64,000 bases of DNA, from positions 4,696 to 68,695 of the forward strand of contig JBQCGH010000024.1 in assembly GCA_051955835.1 (NCBI GenBank), in the 5' to 3' direction. The position numbers and the translations under genes were made by a program. Source of the stretch: Gemmatimonadales bacterium. Lineage in GTDB: Bacteria; Gemmatimonadota; Gemmatimonadetes; Gemmatimonadales; GWC2-71-9. The notes under the pieces were generated by a model, which was given only the letters and a program-made list of their open reading frames with translations, ran no database searches and had not been told where the DNA came from. Shown piece by piece: positions 33,408-43,075 of this stretch; position 1 is the stretch's first letter; each line of letters opens with the position of its first letter.

Positions 33408-35285
33408 ATGGCCGTCGGGATCGCCTACGTCGACGGACCCCGCCTGGCCCGCTCGCTGTTCGCCGCCGCCGACTGGGTGGCGGCCGGCCGCGAGGCGATC
33501 AACCGGATCAACGTCTTCCCCGTCCCCGACGGCGACACCGGCACCAACTTCAGCCTGACGCTTCGCGCCGTCGCCGACGCCCTCCGGGCGCTCGGCGATG
33601 CGCCGCTTTCGGACACCGCCCGAACCATGGCACGCGCCGCGGTGCTGGGCGCTCGCGGCAACTCCGGCATCATGCTCGCCCATTTCCTGCTGGGCTTCGC
33701 CGATGCCGTGGGCGAGCAGCGCCGCGCCGACGTGCGGACGCTCGCGGCGGCCATGCGTCAGGGCGCCGACCGGCTGTACGATTCGCTGGATGAGCCGCGC
33801 GAGGGCACCATTCTGACCGTCGCCCGTGAAGCCGCGGCCGCCGCCGAAGCGGCCGCGGGCGACACGGAGGACATCGGCGAGCTCGTGCGACGGGTTCTGG
33901 ACGGGGCAACGGCGTCGCTTGCGCGGACCCCCGACCTGATGCCGGTACTCAAGGCGGCAGGCGTCGTGGATGCGGGAGGGCAGGCCTTCGTCCGCATGCT
34001 GGAGGGCGTGCTGCACGGCATCGAGGACGATGGCGCCATTCCCCCCGTGCCGGCCGAACCCGTCGACATCCTGACGCCGGCGGCGCTGGTCGCCGTCGCC
34101 GTGGAGCGGGACTTCCGGTTCTGCACCGAGCTCGTCGTCCGGGGAGCTGAGCTGCCCGCCGGGAGCGAGGTCAGGGCGGCGATGCACCAGTTCGGGGGCT
34201 CGGTCGTCGCGGCGGTGACCGGCGATATTCTCAAGATTCATGTGCACACCGACACCCCGGAGGCCGTCTTTAGTTATGCAGCGCGGTGGGGTCGCGTGGA
34301 GGCGACGAAAGCCGATGACATGCGCGCCCAGCACCGACGGCTGGCGCACGCCGATCGGCGTGCGGTGGCCATCGTGACGGACAGCTCGGCCGACCTGGCG
34401 GACACGGAGCTCGACCGTCACGGCATCGGCGTGGTTCCCCTGCAGGTGGTCTTCGGCGACCGGACCTTTCGGGACCGGATCGACCTCAAGCCTGAGGAGT
34501 TCTACCGGCGTCTCCGCGCGGCTCGCGACCTCCCGACCACCTCTCAGCCCGCCCCGGCCGACTTCGTGCGCGTCTTGCGCGACGCCCGCGCGGAGGCGAA
34601 CGAGGTCGTGGCGGTGCTCTTGTCGAGCGGCTTGTCGGGTACGGTCGCCTCGGCGCAGTCGGCGGTGCGGGCATCGGGGATCTCGGGGGTGCACGTCGTA
34701 GACAGCCGGTCCGCGTCGCTCGGCGTCGGCATGCTGGCGTTGCGCGGAGCGGAGCTGGCAGAGGTCGGGTGGTCCGCGGCGGAGATCGCGCGGGAGCTGG
34801 AGCGGGTGCGCGGGCAGTCGGGCATGCTCCTCACAGTTGACCGCTACGACAATCTCCTCCGGGGCGGCCGGGTATCCCGAGGCAAGGCGTGGCTGGGGGA
34901 GATGCTCGACGTCAAACCGGTGCTGTCACTGGATACCGGTGGGCGGGTGGTCACGCTGGCCAAGGTGCGCGGGCGGGAGCAGCTGATCCCGCGAATCCTG
35001 GCGCTGCTCGACCAGCGGCTCACACCTCGCCCGGCCTCGGTCCGCTTCGGGATCGCCCACGCCGAGACTCCCGAGGTCGCCGAGCGGGTGCGTCAGGCGC
35101 TGGTGACGACGTACCGGCCGAAGGATTGCTTCGTCACGCTCGCCACCGGGGTGCTCGGCACGCACGTCGGGTCCGGCGCGTGGGCCGTGTTCTACCAGGT
35201 GGAGGACGGCGTCACGGCCCGCGCCGAGGCGCCGCGGGCCGTGAGCAGCGCTCCGGCCGCGGTCGACACGGGCGTCTCCACGTGA
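33408..35285 (+). CDS. Dak2 (FakA/YloV-like N-terminal and middle domains) fused to a DegV (FakB-like) fatty-acid-binding domain
   Basis: 625 aa from the ATG at 33408. Dak2 motif INRINVFPVPDGDTGTN. YloV-like middle FRFCTELVV...KIHVHTDTPE. The C-terminal ~285 aa carry DegV motifs AIVTDSSADL, TTSQPAP, LSSGLSGT. Confidence 0.85.
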   Translation: MAVGIAYVDGPRLARSLFAAADWVAAGREAINRINVFPVPDGDTGTNFSLTLRAVADALRALGDAPLSDTARTMARAAVLGARGNSGIMLAHFLLGFADAVGEQRRADVRTLAAAMRQGADRLYDSLDEPREGTILTVAREAAAAAEAAAGDTEDIGELVRRVLDGATASLARTPDLMPVLKAAGVVDAGGQAFVRMLEGVLHGIEDDGAIPPVPAEPVDILTPAALVAVAVERDFRFCTELVVRGAELPAGSEVRAAMHQFGGSVVAAVTGDILKIHVHTDTPEAVFSYAARWGRVEATKADDMRAQHRRLAHADRRAVAIVTDSSADLADTELDRHGIGVVPLQVVFGDRTFRDRIDLKPEEFYRRLRAARDLPTTSQPAPADFVRVLRDARAEANEVVAVLLSSGLSGTVASAQSAVRASGISGVHVVDSRSASLGVGMLALRGAELAEVGWSAAEIARELERVRGQSGMLLTVDRYDNLLRGGRVSRGKAWLGEMLDVKPVLSLDTGGRVVTLAKVRGREQLIPRILALLDQRLTPRPASVRFGIAHAETPEVAERVRQALVTTYRPKDCFVTLATGVLGTHVGSGAWAVFYQVEDGVTARAEAPRAVSSAPAAVDTGVST

Positions 35286-35635
35286 CGGCGCGGATTCCCG
35301 AGGCGCTCCGGCAGGCGCTCGATGCGATCGCGGACCTCAAGGGAAACGACCTCGTGGTCCTCGATCTTCGAGGGCTGACCGATGCCACCGATTTCTTCGT
35401 GATCGCGTCCGGCACCTCCGACGCCCACGTGCGCGGCATCGCCGAATCGGTCATGGAGAAGCTGGACCGCAAGGGACATCACACCCACCACGTCGAGGGC
35501 TTGAACGGCGGCCGCTGGGTGCTGCTGGACTTCGTGGATTTCGTGGTTCACCTGTTCCACCCCGAGACCCGCTCGTTCTATCAGCTCGAGCGGCTCTGGG
35601 GCGACGCACCGGAGCTCCTGATCAGCTCCACCTAG
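35282..35635 (+). CDS. rsfS: ribosome silencing factor RsfS
   Basis: 117 aa from the GTG at 35282 (GTGA overlap). Motifs DLVVLDLRGLTDATDFFVIASGTS, WVLLDFVDFVVHLF, YQLERLW. Confidence 0.9.
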   Translation: MTARIPEALRQALDAIADLKGNDLVVLDLRGLTDATDFFVIASGTSDAHVRGIAESVMEKLDRKGHHTHHVEGLNGGRWVLLDFVDFVVHLFHPETRSFYQLERLWGDAPELLISST

Positions 35636-35649
35636 GCCCGAGGGTCGCC

Positions 35650-38600
35650 ATGCTTCGTCGCACCGTCCCGGTTCTGCTCGCCGTGCTCGCGGGGCTGCCG
35701 GGTGCCCTGTCCGCGCAGTACTTCGGGCGGAACAAGGTTCAATACACCCAGTTCCATTTCAAGATCATTCAGACGGAGCACTTCGACGTCTACTACTACG
35801 ACCGCGAGCGCACCGCCGCGCTCGACGCGGCGCGCATGGCGGAGCGTTCGTACGCCCGGCTCTCGAAGGTTCTGAACCACGAGTTCCACGAGCGGAAGCC
35901 GATCATCCTCTACGCCTCGCAATCGGACTTCCAGCAGACCAACGCCACCGACGTGAGCGGGGAGAGCACGGGCGGGGTGACCGACTTCGCCCGGAACCGC
36001 GCGGTGCTGCCCTTCACCGGCGCGTACGCGGACTTCGAGCACGTGATGACGCACGAGATGGCGCACCAGTTCCAGTACGATATCTGGTCGCGCGGGCGTG
36101 CCGGCGCGGGGCTCAACACGCTGATCGCGATCTCGCCGCCGCTCTGGTTCGCCGAGGGCATGGCCGAGTACCTGTCGCTGGGCCCGATCAACGCGGAAAC
36201 GGCGATGTGGCTGCGGGACGCGTCGCTCGAGGGGAAACTGCCCTCCATCGAGCAGATGACCGCGGATCCGTATCAGTACTTCCCCTACCGGTTCGGCCAC
36301 GCGCTCTGGTCGTACGTCGGCGAGCGGTGGGGTGACGAGGCCATCGGCGCCATCCTCAAGGCCACCCTGTCGGGCGGCATCGAGCCCGCGTTCCGCCGCA
36401 CGATCGGCCTGAGCCTGCAGCAGCTCTCCGACCAGTGGCGCGACGCGGTGCAGAAGCGCTACCTCCCCGAGATCGGCGCGCGGGCGAACGCGCGGGCCGT
36501 GGCCAACGAGTTGCTCACGCAGAAGCGGTCCGAGGGCACGCTGCACCTGGCGCCGGCGCTGTCACCCGACGGGTCGCAGGTAGCGTACTTCAGCGAAAAG
36601 GATTTCTACTCGGTCGACCTGTATCTGGCCGACGGCCAAACCGGCAAGGTCAAGCGGCGGGTGCTCAAGTCCGGCGTGAGCAGCAACTACGAGACCTACC
36701 GTTTCATCAACTCGCAGGCGAACTGGTCGCCCGACGGCAAGTACCTGGCCTTCGCGGCGAAGCGGGGGCCCCGGGACGAGATCGTGATCGCGGACGTGGC
36801 CCGCAATAAGCAGGTGGGCCGGATCAAGCTCAAGCTCAGCGGCGTGACGACGCCGTCCTGGAGCCCGGACGGGCGCCAGCTCGTCTTCACTGGCTACGAC
36901 GGCGGCATCAGCGACTTGTACACCGTCAACCGCGACGGGAGCGGGCTGCGCCGCCTCACCTCCGACAAGTACGGCGACCTGCATCCGGACTGGTCGCCCG
37001 ACGGCAAGACGATCGCGTTCGCCACTGACCGCGGTCCACGGAGCGACTTCCACACGCTCGCGTTCAGCAACTTCCGCATCGCTTTGTACGACGTGGCGAC
37101 CGGTACGGTGAAGGTGCTGGACCACATGGACCAGGGCAAGAACGTGAGCCCGCAGTGGGCTCCCGATGGACGGTCCATCGCGTTCGTGTCCGACCGAAGC
37201 GGCGTCAGCGACATCTACCTGTACGACCTGGACGAGTCGCAGATCTATCAGCTCACCGACTTCTACACCGGCGCCCAGGGCATCACGCCGCTCTCGCCGG
37301 TGCTGTCATGGGCTCGGCAGGCCGACCGTCTGGCCTTCGTGTACTATCAGGATCAGAAGTACGACGTCTACACCATCACCAACCCGCGGAGCCTCAAGCG
37401 CTCGCCCTACCAGCAGCCGGCAGTGGACAGCGTGGCCATCCTGGCGCGGGTGACGACGCCGCCGCTCGACACCACCCGGTCGCTGCAGGTGCGCGACGAG
37501 GTCAAGGCCCAGGTCGGCGAGGGCGGCTCGATCTACCGGACCCAGCAGGGTTTCCGCTCCTCGGGGGACCTGGCGCGCTCGGGCGACACGACCCAGACGC
37601 AGACCCAGCTCTCGGCACCGGTGTCCATCAGCGCGCTGATGGATTCGGCGAACTACAGCCTGCCCGACACCAGCGAGTTCACCTTGAAGGACTATCGGGT
37701 GCACTTCACGCCCGACTACATCGCGCGTCCCAGCATCGGATACGCGCGTGACAACTTCGGGCGGGGCTTCTTCGGTGGCTCGGCGATCTCGCTCAGCGAC
37801 ATCCTGGGCGACCATCAGCTCGTCTTTGCGGGCTCGGTCAACGGGCGGATCAGCGAGGCGCAGGTGCTCGCGGCCTACGCCGACCTCAGCAAGCGGATCA
37901 ACTGGGCGGTTGGACTGAGTCAGGACCCGTATTACTTCCCGGAGCCGTTCGAGGTCGTGGCCGGCCCCGGGCCCGGGGAGCAGACGCTCATCAGCAACAT
38001 CCGCCGGCTGGTGGTGCGCTCCGTCTTCGGGCAGGCCTACTACCCGATCAGCCGGTTCCAGCGGATCGAGGCGTCCATGCGGTTCGCCAACGTGGACGAC
38101 GCCCTGCTCCGGATCAACGAGCCGTACGATCCCTCCACCGGCTTCGCCACAGCCGATCCGTTCCTCGAGACGGACAACCTGCCCGGTGTGAACTACGTGC
38201 AGCCCTCGACCGCGCTGGTGTTCGACAACTCGCTCACGGGGTACGTAGGGCCCTTCTACGGCCAGCGCTACCGTCTCGAATTCGCCCAGACCATGGGCGA
38301 CTGGCGATTCTCGCAGGTCACCGCCGACTATCGCCGCTACGATGGCATCATCGGTCCGATCGTGCTGGCCACGCGTGCCCTCTATTTCGGGCGCATCGGC
38401 CGGAACGCCGACGAGTTCCGGATCTTCGCCGGCAGCACCGATCTGATCCGCGGCAATACCTCCGGCTCGTACCGGCGGCATGAGTGTCTCACGGCCAACG
38501 ACGCGAACACCGAGACCGGGTGCGCGGCGCTCGATCGCCTGGTGGGCACCCAGATCGGCGTGGGCAGCGTCGAGCTCCGGTTCCCCATCGTCAACCCGTC

Positions 38601-38865
38601 GTACGGTCTGCCGGCGGCCTTCCCGCCGATCGAGGGCGCGTTGTTCTACGACATCGGGCTGGCCTGGGACGAGCTGAGCACGCTCAAGTGGAGCCGGGCG
38701 CCGGGCGACGACCCGGTGCGGGTGCGGACGCCGCTCCAGACGCTGGGCGTCTCGATCCGGACCAACCTGTTCGGCTTCGCGGTCGCCCGGCTGGATTACG
38801 CGATTCCCCAGGAGCGGAAGGCGATCAAGGGGCTGTGGACGTTCAGCCTCGGACCCACGTTCTAA
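35650..38865 (+). CDS. outer-membrane protein: MA-clan HExxH peptidase-like domain + PD40/TolB-type beta-propeller + C-terminal beta-barrel
   Basis: 1071 aa with signal peptide ...GALSA-QYF. HEMAH plus AEGMAEY (Peptidase_MA_2-like). Five or more (S/A)PDG repeats (SPDGSQVAYFS, SPDGKYLAFAA, SPDGRQLVFTG, SPDGKTIAFAT, APDGRSIAFVS). The ~450-aa C-terminal region has alternating beta-strand patterns and ends WTFSLGPTF, a terminal aromatic residue. Confidence 0.8.
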   Translation: MLRRTVPVLLAVLAGLPGALSAQYFGRNKVQYTQFHFKIIQTEHFDVYYYDRERTAALDAARMAERSYARLSKVLNHEFHERKPIILYASQSDFQQTNATDVSGESTGGVTDFARNRAVLPFTGAYADFEHVMTHEMAHQFQYDIWSRGRAGAGLNTLIAISPPLWFAEGMAEYLSLGPINAETAMWLRDASLEGKLPSIEQMTADPYQYFPYRFGHALWSYVGERWGDEAIGAILKATLSGGIEPAFRRTIGLSLQQLSDQWRDAVQKRYLPEIGARANARAVANELLTQKRSEGTLHLAPALSPDGSQVAYFSEKDFYSVDLYLADGQTGKVKRRVLKSGVSSNYETYRFINSQANWSPDGKYLAFAAKRGPRDEIVIADVARNKQVGRIKLKLSGVTTPSWSPDGRQLVFTGYDGGISDLYTVNRDGSGLRRLTSDKYGDLHPDWSPDGKTIAFATDRGPRSDFHTLAFSNFRIALYDVATGTVKVLDHMDQGKNVSPQWAPDGRSIAFVSDRSGVSDIYLYDLDESQIYQLTDFYTGAQGITPLSPVLSWARQADRLAFVYYQDQKYDVYTITNPRSLKRSPYQQPAVDSVAILARVTTPPLDTTRSLQVRDEVKAQVGEGGSIYRTQQGFRSSGDLARSGDTTQTQTQLSAPVSISALMDSANYSLPDTSEFTLKDYRVHFTPDYIARPSIGYARDNFGRGFFGGSAISLSDILGDHQLVFAGSVNGRISEAQVLAAYADLSKRINWAVGLSQDPYYFPEPFEVVAGPGPGEQTLISNIRRLVVRSVFGQAYYPISRFQRIEASMRFANVDDALLRINEPYDPSTGFATADPFLETDNLPGVNYVQPSTALVFDNSLTGYVGPFYGQRYRLEFAQTMGDWRFSQVTADYRRYDGIIGPIVLATRALYFGRIGRNADEFRIFAGSTDLIRGNTSGSYRRHECLTANDANTETGCAALDRLVGTQIGVGSVELRFPIVNPSYGLPAAFPPIEGALFYDIGLAWDELSTLKWSRAPGDDPVRVRTPLQTLGVSIRTNLFGFAVARLDYAIPQERKAIKGLWTFSLGPTF

Positions 38866-38980
38866 GCATCAGCGCGGACGGGGACGGAGCGGCTCGACGG
38901 AGCGGCGGCATCGACGCCTCGCGTCGGGCGCCCTCCGTCCTTTGCCTTCTTTGTCCCCCCCGTCCGTGTATCTTTCAGCC

Positions 38981-40378
38981 GTGCCACCCCTTAGACTCAC
39001 CGCACTTGCGCTCGGCTGCCTGACCCTGGCGGCCTGCGGGCGCAAACCCGAAAAGCTGACTCTCGCCAGGCTGCCCGCCGCGACGCGGGCCCCGGCCCCC
39101 TCGTCGGTCGTGCGAATTCCCGAAGACGGCGGACTGGCCACGCTCTACCGGGTGCCGACTCTCGAGCCGTCGTCGTGGAAAGCCGAGGACAAGCTGCCGC
39201 CGGTCCAGCGGAATATCGGCGCCGACCCCGAGCAGGGGCTGGTGTTCTCGCTCGATCGGAAGCGCAACCTGGTGACGCTTGATCTCGAGACGCGGCGGGT
39301 GCGGCCCTACCTCGACCAGATCCGGACGGCGACGATGGGGCCGGACGGCGCCCTCTATGCCGTGGACACCGGCAGCACGGTGACACAAATGGTACGGCGC
39401 GCTCCGGTGCGATTCCGCTCGAAGCTGCAGGGCTCGCCCCAGGAGCTCCACGCGACGATGACCGGCGCGGTGCTCGCCCGGATCGGTGAGAAGGCGCCCG
39501 TGCTCGAGGTGCTCGGGTCGGACCAGGCGCCGGTCACCATGACCCTGCCATCCGACCGGTTCGCTCCGAGCTTCTACGGCGACCTCGTCGCGGTGGCGAC
39601 CGATACCGCGGTGATCCTGTACCAGACGCAGGGGAAAAACGAGCCGTTGGCCATTCGCGTGTCCGGTCACCCACGCGCGGTGCTCTTCTCGCCCTCGGGG
39701 CACCGCGTGTATGTGGCCCAGGAAGACCCCCATCTCCTGGTGCTCGACCGCTTCGGCGGAGAGCGACTGGAATCCATCGCGCTGCCCGGCCCCGCGAAGG
39801 GACTGCGCAATGACCCGTTCGGGCAGTGGCTGCTGGTGCGGCCCGCCGATGGCGACTCGGTCTACGTGATCGACGTCGGACGCTGGCGCCTGGGCGGGAC
39901 GGTCGCGACGGCCTGGGCGGCCGACCTGCCGGCGGTCGCCTCGCCGAACACGTTGCTCGTGCGCCGGGGAAAGGACGTGGTGGCGCTCGATCTCTCGAAG
40001 CCAGGGTTCCCCGAAAGCGGTCGGGTGGCCGACGGTGCCGCCGACGAGTGGCTCCCGGTCGCCTGGCGCCCCGCCAAGGACACCGAGTCGGTCGCCGCGG
40101 GCGACTCGACCGAGCTCGCCGGCGCCGACACCGGCAAGGCCGCCCCCTCGGTGTATCTCCAGGTGAGCAGCTCGCAGAACCCGGCCTGGGCGAGCGAGCT
40201 GGCGGACAAGCTGCGCGCGGCGGGCTTGCCGGCCTCGGTGCTCCCGCCCACGCGAAGCGACGAGGCGCACCGCGTGGTTCTGGGCCCGTACGCCACGCGC
40301 GAGCAGGCGGAGTCGACCGGACGGAAGATCGGCATGCCGTCGTTCGTCGTGTCGGGACAGGATTCGCCCGACCGCTGA
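38981..40378 (+). CDS. lipoprotein with beta-propeller-like body and C-terminal SPOR domain
   Basis: The GTG at 38981 gives VPPLRLTALALGCLTLAAC (lipobox); the track's TTG at 38942 is the alternative. The C-terminal ~80 aa (VYLQVSSSQNPAWASELADKLRAAGLPASVL...VVLGPYATREQAE) match the SPOR pattern. Confidence 0.75.
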   Translation: MPPLRLTALALGCLTLAACGRKPEKLTLARLPAATRAPAPSSVVRIPEDGGLATLYRVPTLEPSSWKAEDKLPPVQRNIGADPEQGLVFSLDRKRNLVTLDLETRRVRPYLDQIRTATMGPDGALYAVDTGSTVTQMVRRAPVRFRSKLQGSPQELHATMTGAVLARIGEKAPVLEVLGSDQAPVTMTLPSDRFAPSFYGDLVAVATDTAVILYQTQGKNEPLAIRVSGHPRAVLFSPSGHRVYVAQEDPHLLVLDRFGGERLESIALPGPAKGLRNDPFGQWLLVRPADGDSVYVIDVGRWRLGGTVATAWAADLPAVASPNTLLVRRGKDVVALDLSKPGFPESGRVADGAADEWLPVAWRPAKDTESVAAGDSTELAGADTGKAAPSVYLQVSSSQNPAWASELADKLRAAGLPASVLPPTRSDEAHRVVLGPYATREQAESTGRKIGMPSFVVSGQDSPDR

Positions 40379-40429
40379 CGTCGCGCCCCCGCGCGACATC
40401 CCACACAACCCAATCGGCAGGGCGCCCGC

Positions 40430-43063
40430 ATGAAGCTCACTCGGCTGGAGCTGTCCGGCTTCAAGTCGTTCGCGGACACGGTCACGCTCACCTTCGAACA
40501 GGGTGTGACCGCAATCGTCGGCCCCAACGGCTGCGGCAAGTCCAACGTTTCGGACTCGGTGCGCTGGGTGCTGGGCGAGCAGTCCGCCCGACTGCTTCGC
40601 GGCGGAAAGATGGAGGACGTGATCTTCCAGGGGTCGACCGCACGGCGTCCGGTCAACGTCACCGAGGTCTCCCTCTATCTCGACAACAGCGACGGCGAGC
40701 TGCCGATCGCCTATCGCGAGGTAGTGATCACCCGGCGGCTCTCGCGCTCGGGGCAGAGCGACTATCTCCTCAACGGCTCACCCGTCCGGCTTCGCGACAT
40801 TCAGGACCTGCTCCGCGGCACCGGCCTCGGCAGCGACGCGGGCGTCGTCATCGAAGCGAAGATGATCGACCTCCTGCTGTCCGATCGTGCGGACGAGCGG
40901 CGCTCGCTGTTCGAGGAAGCGGCGGGGATCGGACTCTACCGCGATCGCAAGCACAGCACCGAGCGGCGCCTCGAGGAGACGGCGACCGACCTGCAACGCG
41001 TGGAGGACCTGATCGCGGAAGTGCAATCGCAGATCCGGAGCCTCGCCCGCCAGCGGGGAAAGGCCGAGCGGCACGCCAAGCTGACCGAGGAGAAGTTCGC
41101 CGTCCAGGTGACGCTCGCACGGCGTCTGCTCGAGCGCCTCGGACAGGATGTCGCCGGTATGGAGGCACGGTTCGCCGAGCTGCAGGACGTCCTTCCCACG
41201 GCGCGCCAGCGGCTCGCCGACGGTGAGCATCGGCGCGAGGAGAGCGCCCGCGACCGCGCCGCCGCCGAGGCCGCGCGGACCGCGGTGGCCGCGCGGGTGG
41301 CCGCGGTCCGCCTCGAGCTGGGGAAGCTCGACGGCGATCTTGCCTTAACGGCGGAGCGCCTGGCGAACGCGGCCGCCCGCCGGCAGCGCGCCCAGGAGGA
41401 GCGCACCCAAATGGAGGTGCGCGCGCAGGTCGCGCTGGGCGAGCAGGACGCCGCGCGCGCCGACCGTGACGCGGCCGGCGGGGAACACGAGCGGATCCGG
41501 ACCGAGCTCGCCGGTCGCGCCGAGGCCGAGGAGGACGTGCGGCATCGGCTCGGCGAGGAGCGAACGCAGGTGCGCCAGTGGGAGCAGGAGCTCCAGACCC
41601 TCGCCCAGACGCTTCGTTCCCTCGAAGGCGAGCGGGCGGCCCTCGACGGCGAGCTCGGCTCATTGCGCGAGCGCTCGGCCGCCCTGTCCGCACAGCGGAC
41701 GGGGCTCCAGGACGAGCTCGCCGCGGCGGAACGGCGGCGCGACCATGCGGTCGAGCGCGCGGGTTTCCTGACGCACGAGGCCAAGCGCGCCTCCGCCGAC
41801 GCGGAGCACGCGCGTCATCTCGTGGCGGAGGCGCGCGAACAGGAAGCGCTGCATCGGTCCGAACGCCGCCGAGCGGAGGAGGGGCTGGGCCAGATGACCG
41901 CCCGGCGTCATGCGCTGGAGGGTCTCGAGCGGGACCGTGTCGGCCTTGCGCCGGCGGCGGCCGCGCTGCTCGCTACGCGCGATCGGTTCGACGGTGGGGT
42001 GCTCGGGCCGCTCAGCGACTTCGTGAGCACCGGCCAAGACAACGCGGAGCTGGCCGAGCGCCTGCTCGGACAGTGGATGCACGCGGTGGTCGTGCGCGAC
42101 CGCGCGACCGTGGAGGCGGTCCGCGCCTGGCATGCGGACCACCAGCCCGGCTCGCTCGTGCTGCTCCCGCTGGACCCCGGTCCGGCCGACGGCGCCACCG
42201 GCCGCCCCATGGACGAGCGGCTTCACGCCGCCGGCCCGGCGACGGCGTGGGTGCACGCCGCGCTCGCGGGCAACGAGGCGCTGGAGCCCGAAGGCCGGGT
42301 GCTGCGTCGCGCGAGCGGCGCGATCCTGCTCTCGGGCGCAGCGGCCCCGTCGGGGCCGCTGCGGCGCCGCGCGGAAATCGCGACCCTCGCCCAGGAGGTC
42401 GAGCGGGCCGAGTCGGCTCTGTCGACCGCGGAGTCGGCGCTTCTCGCCGCGACGGCCCGGCTCGCGGAGCGCGAGGCGGCGCTGGGTACCGCCCTGGGCG
42501 CCGTCGAGCAGGCGCGCGAGGCCGAGCGCCAGGGCGCTGCCGCGCGAGACGACACGGCGCGTCTCGCGGCGAATCTCGCCCGCGAGATGTCTGAGTCCGA
42601 CGCGCAGCTCGCCCGCGTGACCGAGCGCCTCACGCGCTCGGAGCAGCGTCTGGGCGAGATCGACGCGGCTCTCACGAGCGGCGATCTCACCCGTGGCCGC
42701 CTCGAGGAATCCTTGGGCGGGGGGCGCGGGCGTCAGGCCGAACTCGAAGCCGAGCAGGAGACCGCGCGCGAGCAGCGGGTCCACTGGCAGGTCCAGGAGG
42801 CGCACGTGGCCGGTGGTCTTCGTTCCGCCGACGAGCGGCTCCAGCGCGCCTCGACCATGCGGCATGAAGCGGAACGTACCGTCCTGAACCTGAGCGGCGA
42901 GCTAGTGCAGCTCGAAGCCGATCTCGCGGCGCTCGCGGCGCGGCAGGCCGAATGGCGCGAGGCACGAGCCGAGCGCCAAGCGGCGCTGCACGAGCTCGAA
43001 GCCGCGAGCGGAAACGCCGACCGCACGCTCGAACGGGTGGACGCGACGCTTCTCGCCGCGTAG
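40430..43063 (+). CDS. smc: chromosome segregation protein SMC, N-terminal 877 codons (ends at an in-frame TAG)
   Basis: Walker A GPNGCGKSN, long coiled coils, and a hinge region around LGPLSDFV...WMHAVVVRD. The TAG at 43061-43063 is in the same frame as the next ORF. Confidence 0.85.
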   Translation: MKLTRLELSGFKSFADTVTLTFEQGVTAIVGPNGCGKSNVSDSVRWVLGEQSARLLRGGKMEDVIFQGSTARRPVNVTEVSLYLDNSDGELPIAYREVVITRRLSRSGQSDYLLNGSPVRLRDIQDLLRGTGLGSDAGVVIEAKMIDLLLSDRADERRSLFEEAAGIGLYRDRKHSTERRLEETATDLQRVEDLIAEVQSQIRSLARQRGKAERHAKLTEEKFAVQVTLARRLLERLGQDVAGMEARFAELQDVLPTARQRLADGEHRREESARDRAAAEAARTAVAARVAAVRLELGKLDGDLALTAERLANAAARRQRAQEERTQMEVRAQVALGEQDAARADRDAAGGEHERIRTELAGRAEAEEDVRHRLGEERTQVRQWEQELQTLAQTLRSLEGERAALDGELGSLRERSAALSAQRTGLQDELAAAERRRDHAVERAGFLTHEAKRASADAEHARHLVAEAREQEALHRSERRRAEEGLGQMTARRHALEGLERDRVGLAPAAAALLATRDRFDGGVLGPLSDFVSTGQDNAELAERLLGQWMHAVVVRDRATVEAVRAWHADHQPGSLVLLPLDPGPADGATGRPMDERLHAAGPATAWVHAALAGNEALEPEGRVLRRASGAILLSGAAAPSGPLRRRAEIATLAQEVERAESALSTAESALLAATARLAEREAALGTALGAVEQAREAERQGAAARDDTARLAANLAREMSESDAQLARVTERLTRSEQRLGEIDAALTSGDLTRGRLEESLGGGRGRQAELEAEQETAREQRVHWQVQEAHVAGGLRSADERLQRASTMRHEAERTVLNLSGELVQLEADLAALAARQAEWREARAERQAALHELEAASGNADRTLERVDATLLAA

Positions 43064-43075
43064 CACGAGCGGCAC

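Noticed and set aside
33312-34694. 460-aa minus-strand ORF.
   Set aside because: It is antisense to the Dak2-DegV gene. No motifs, R/G/H-rich.
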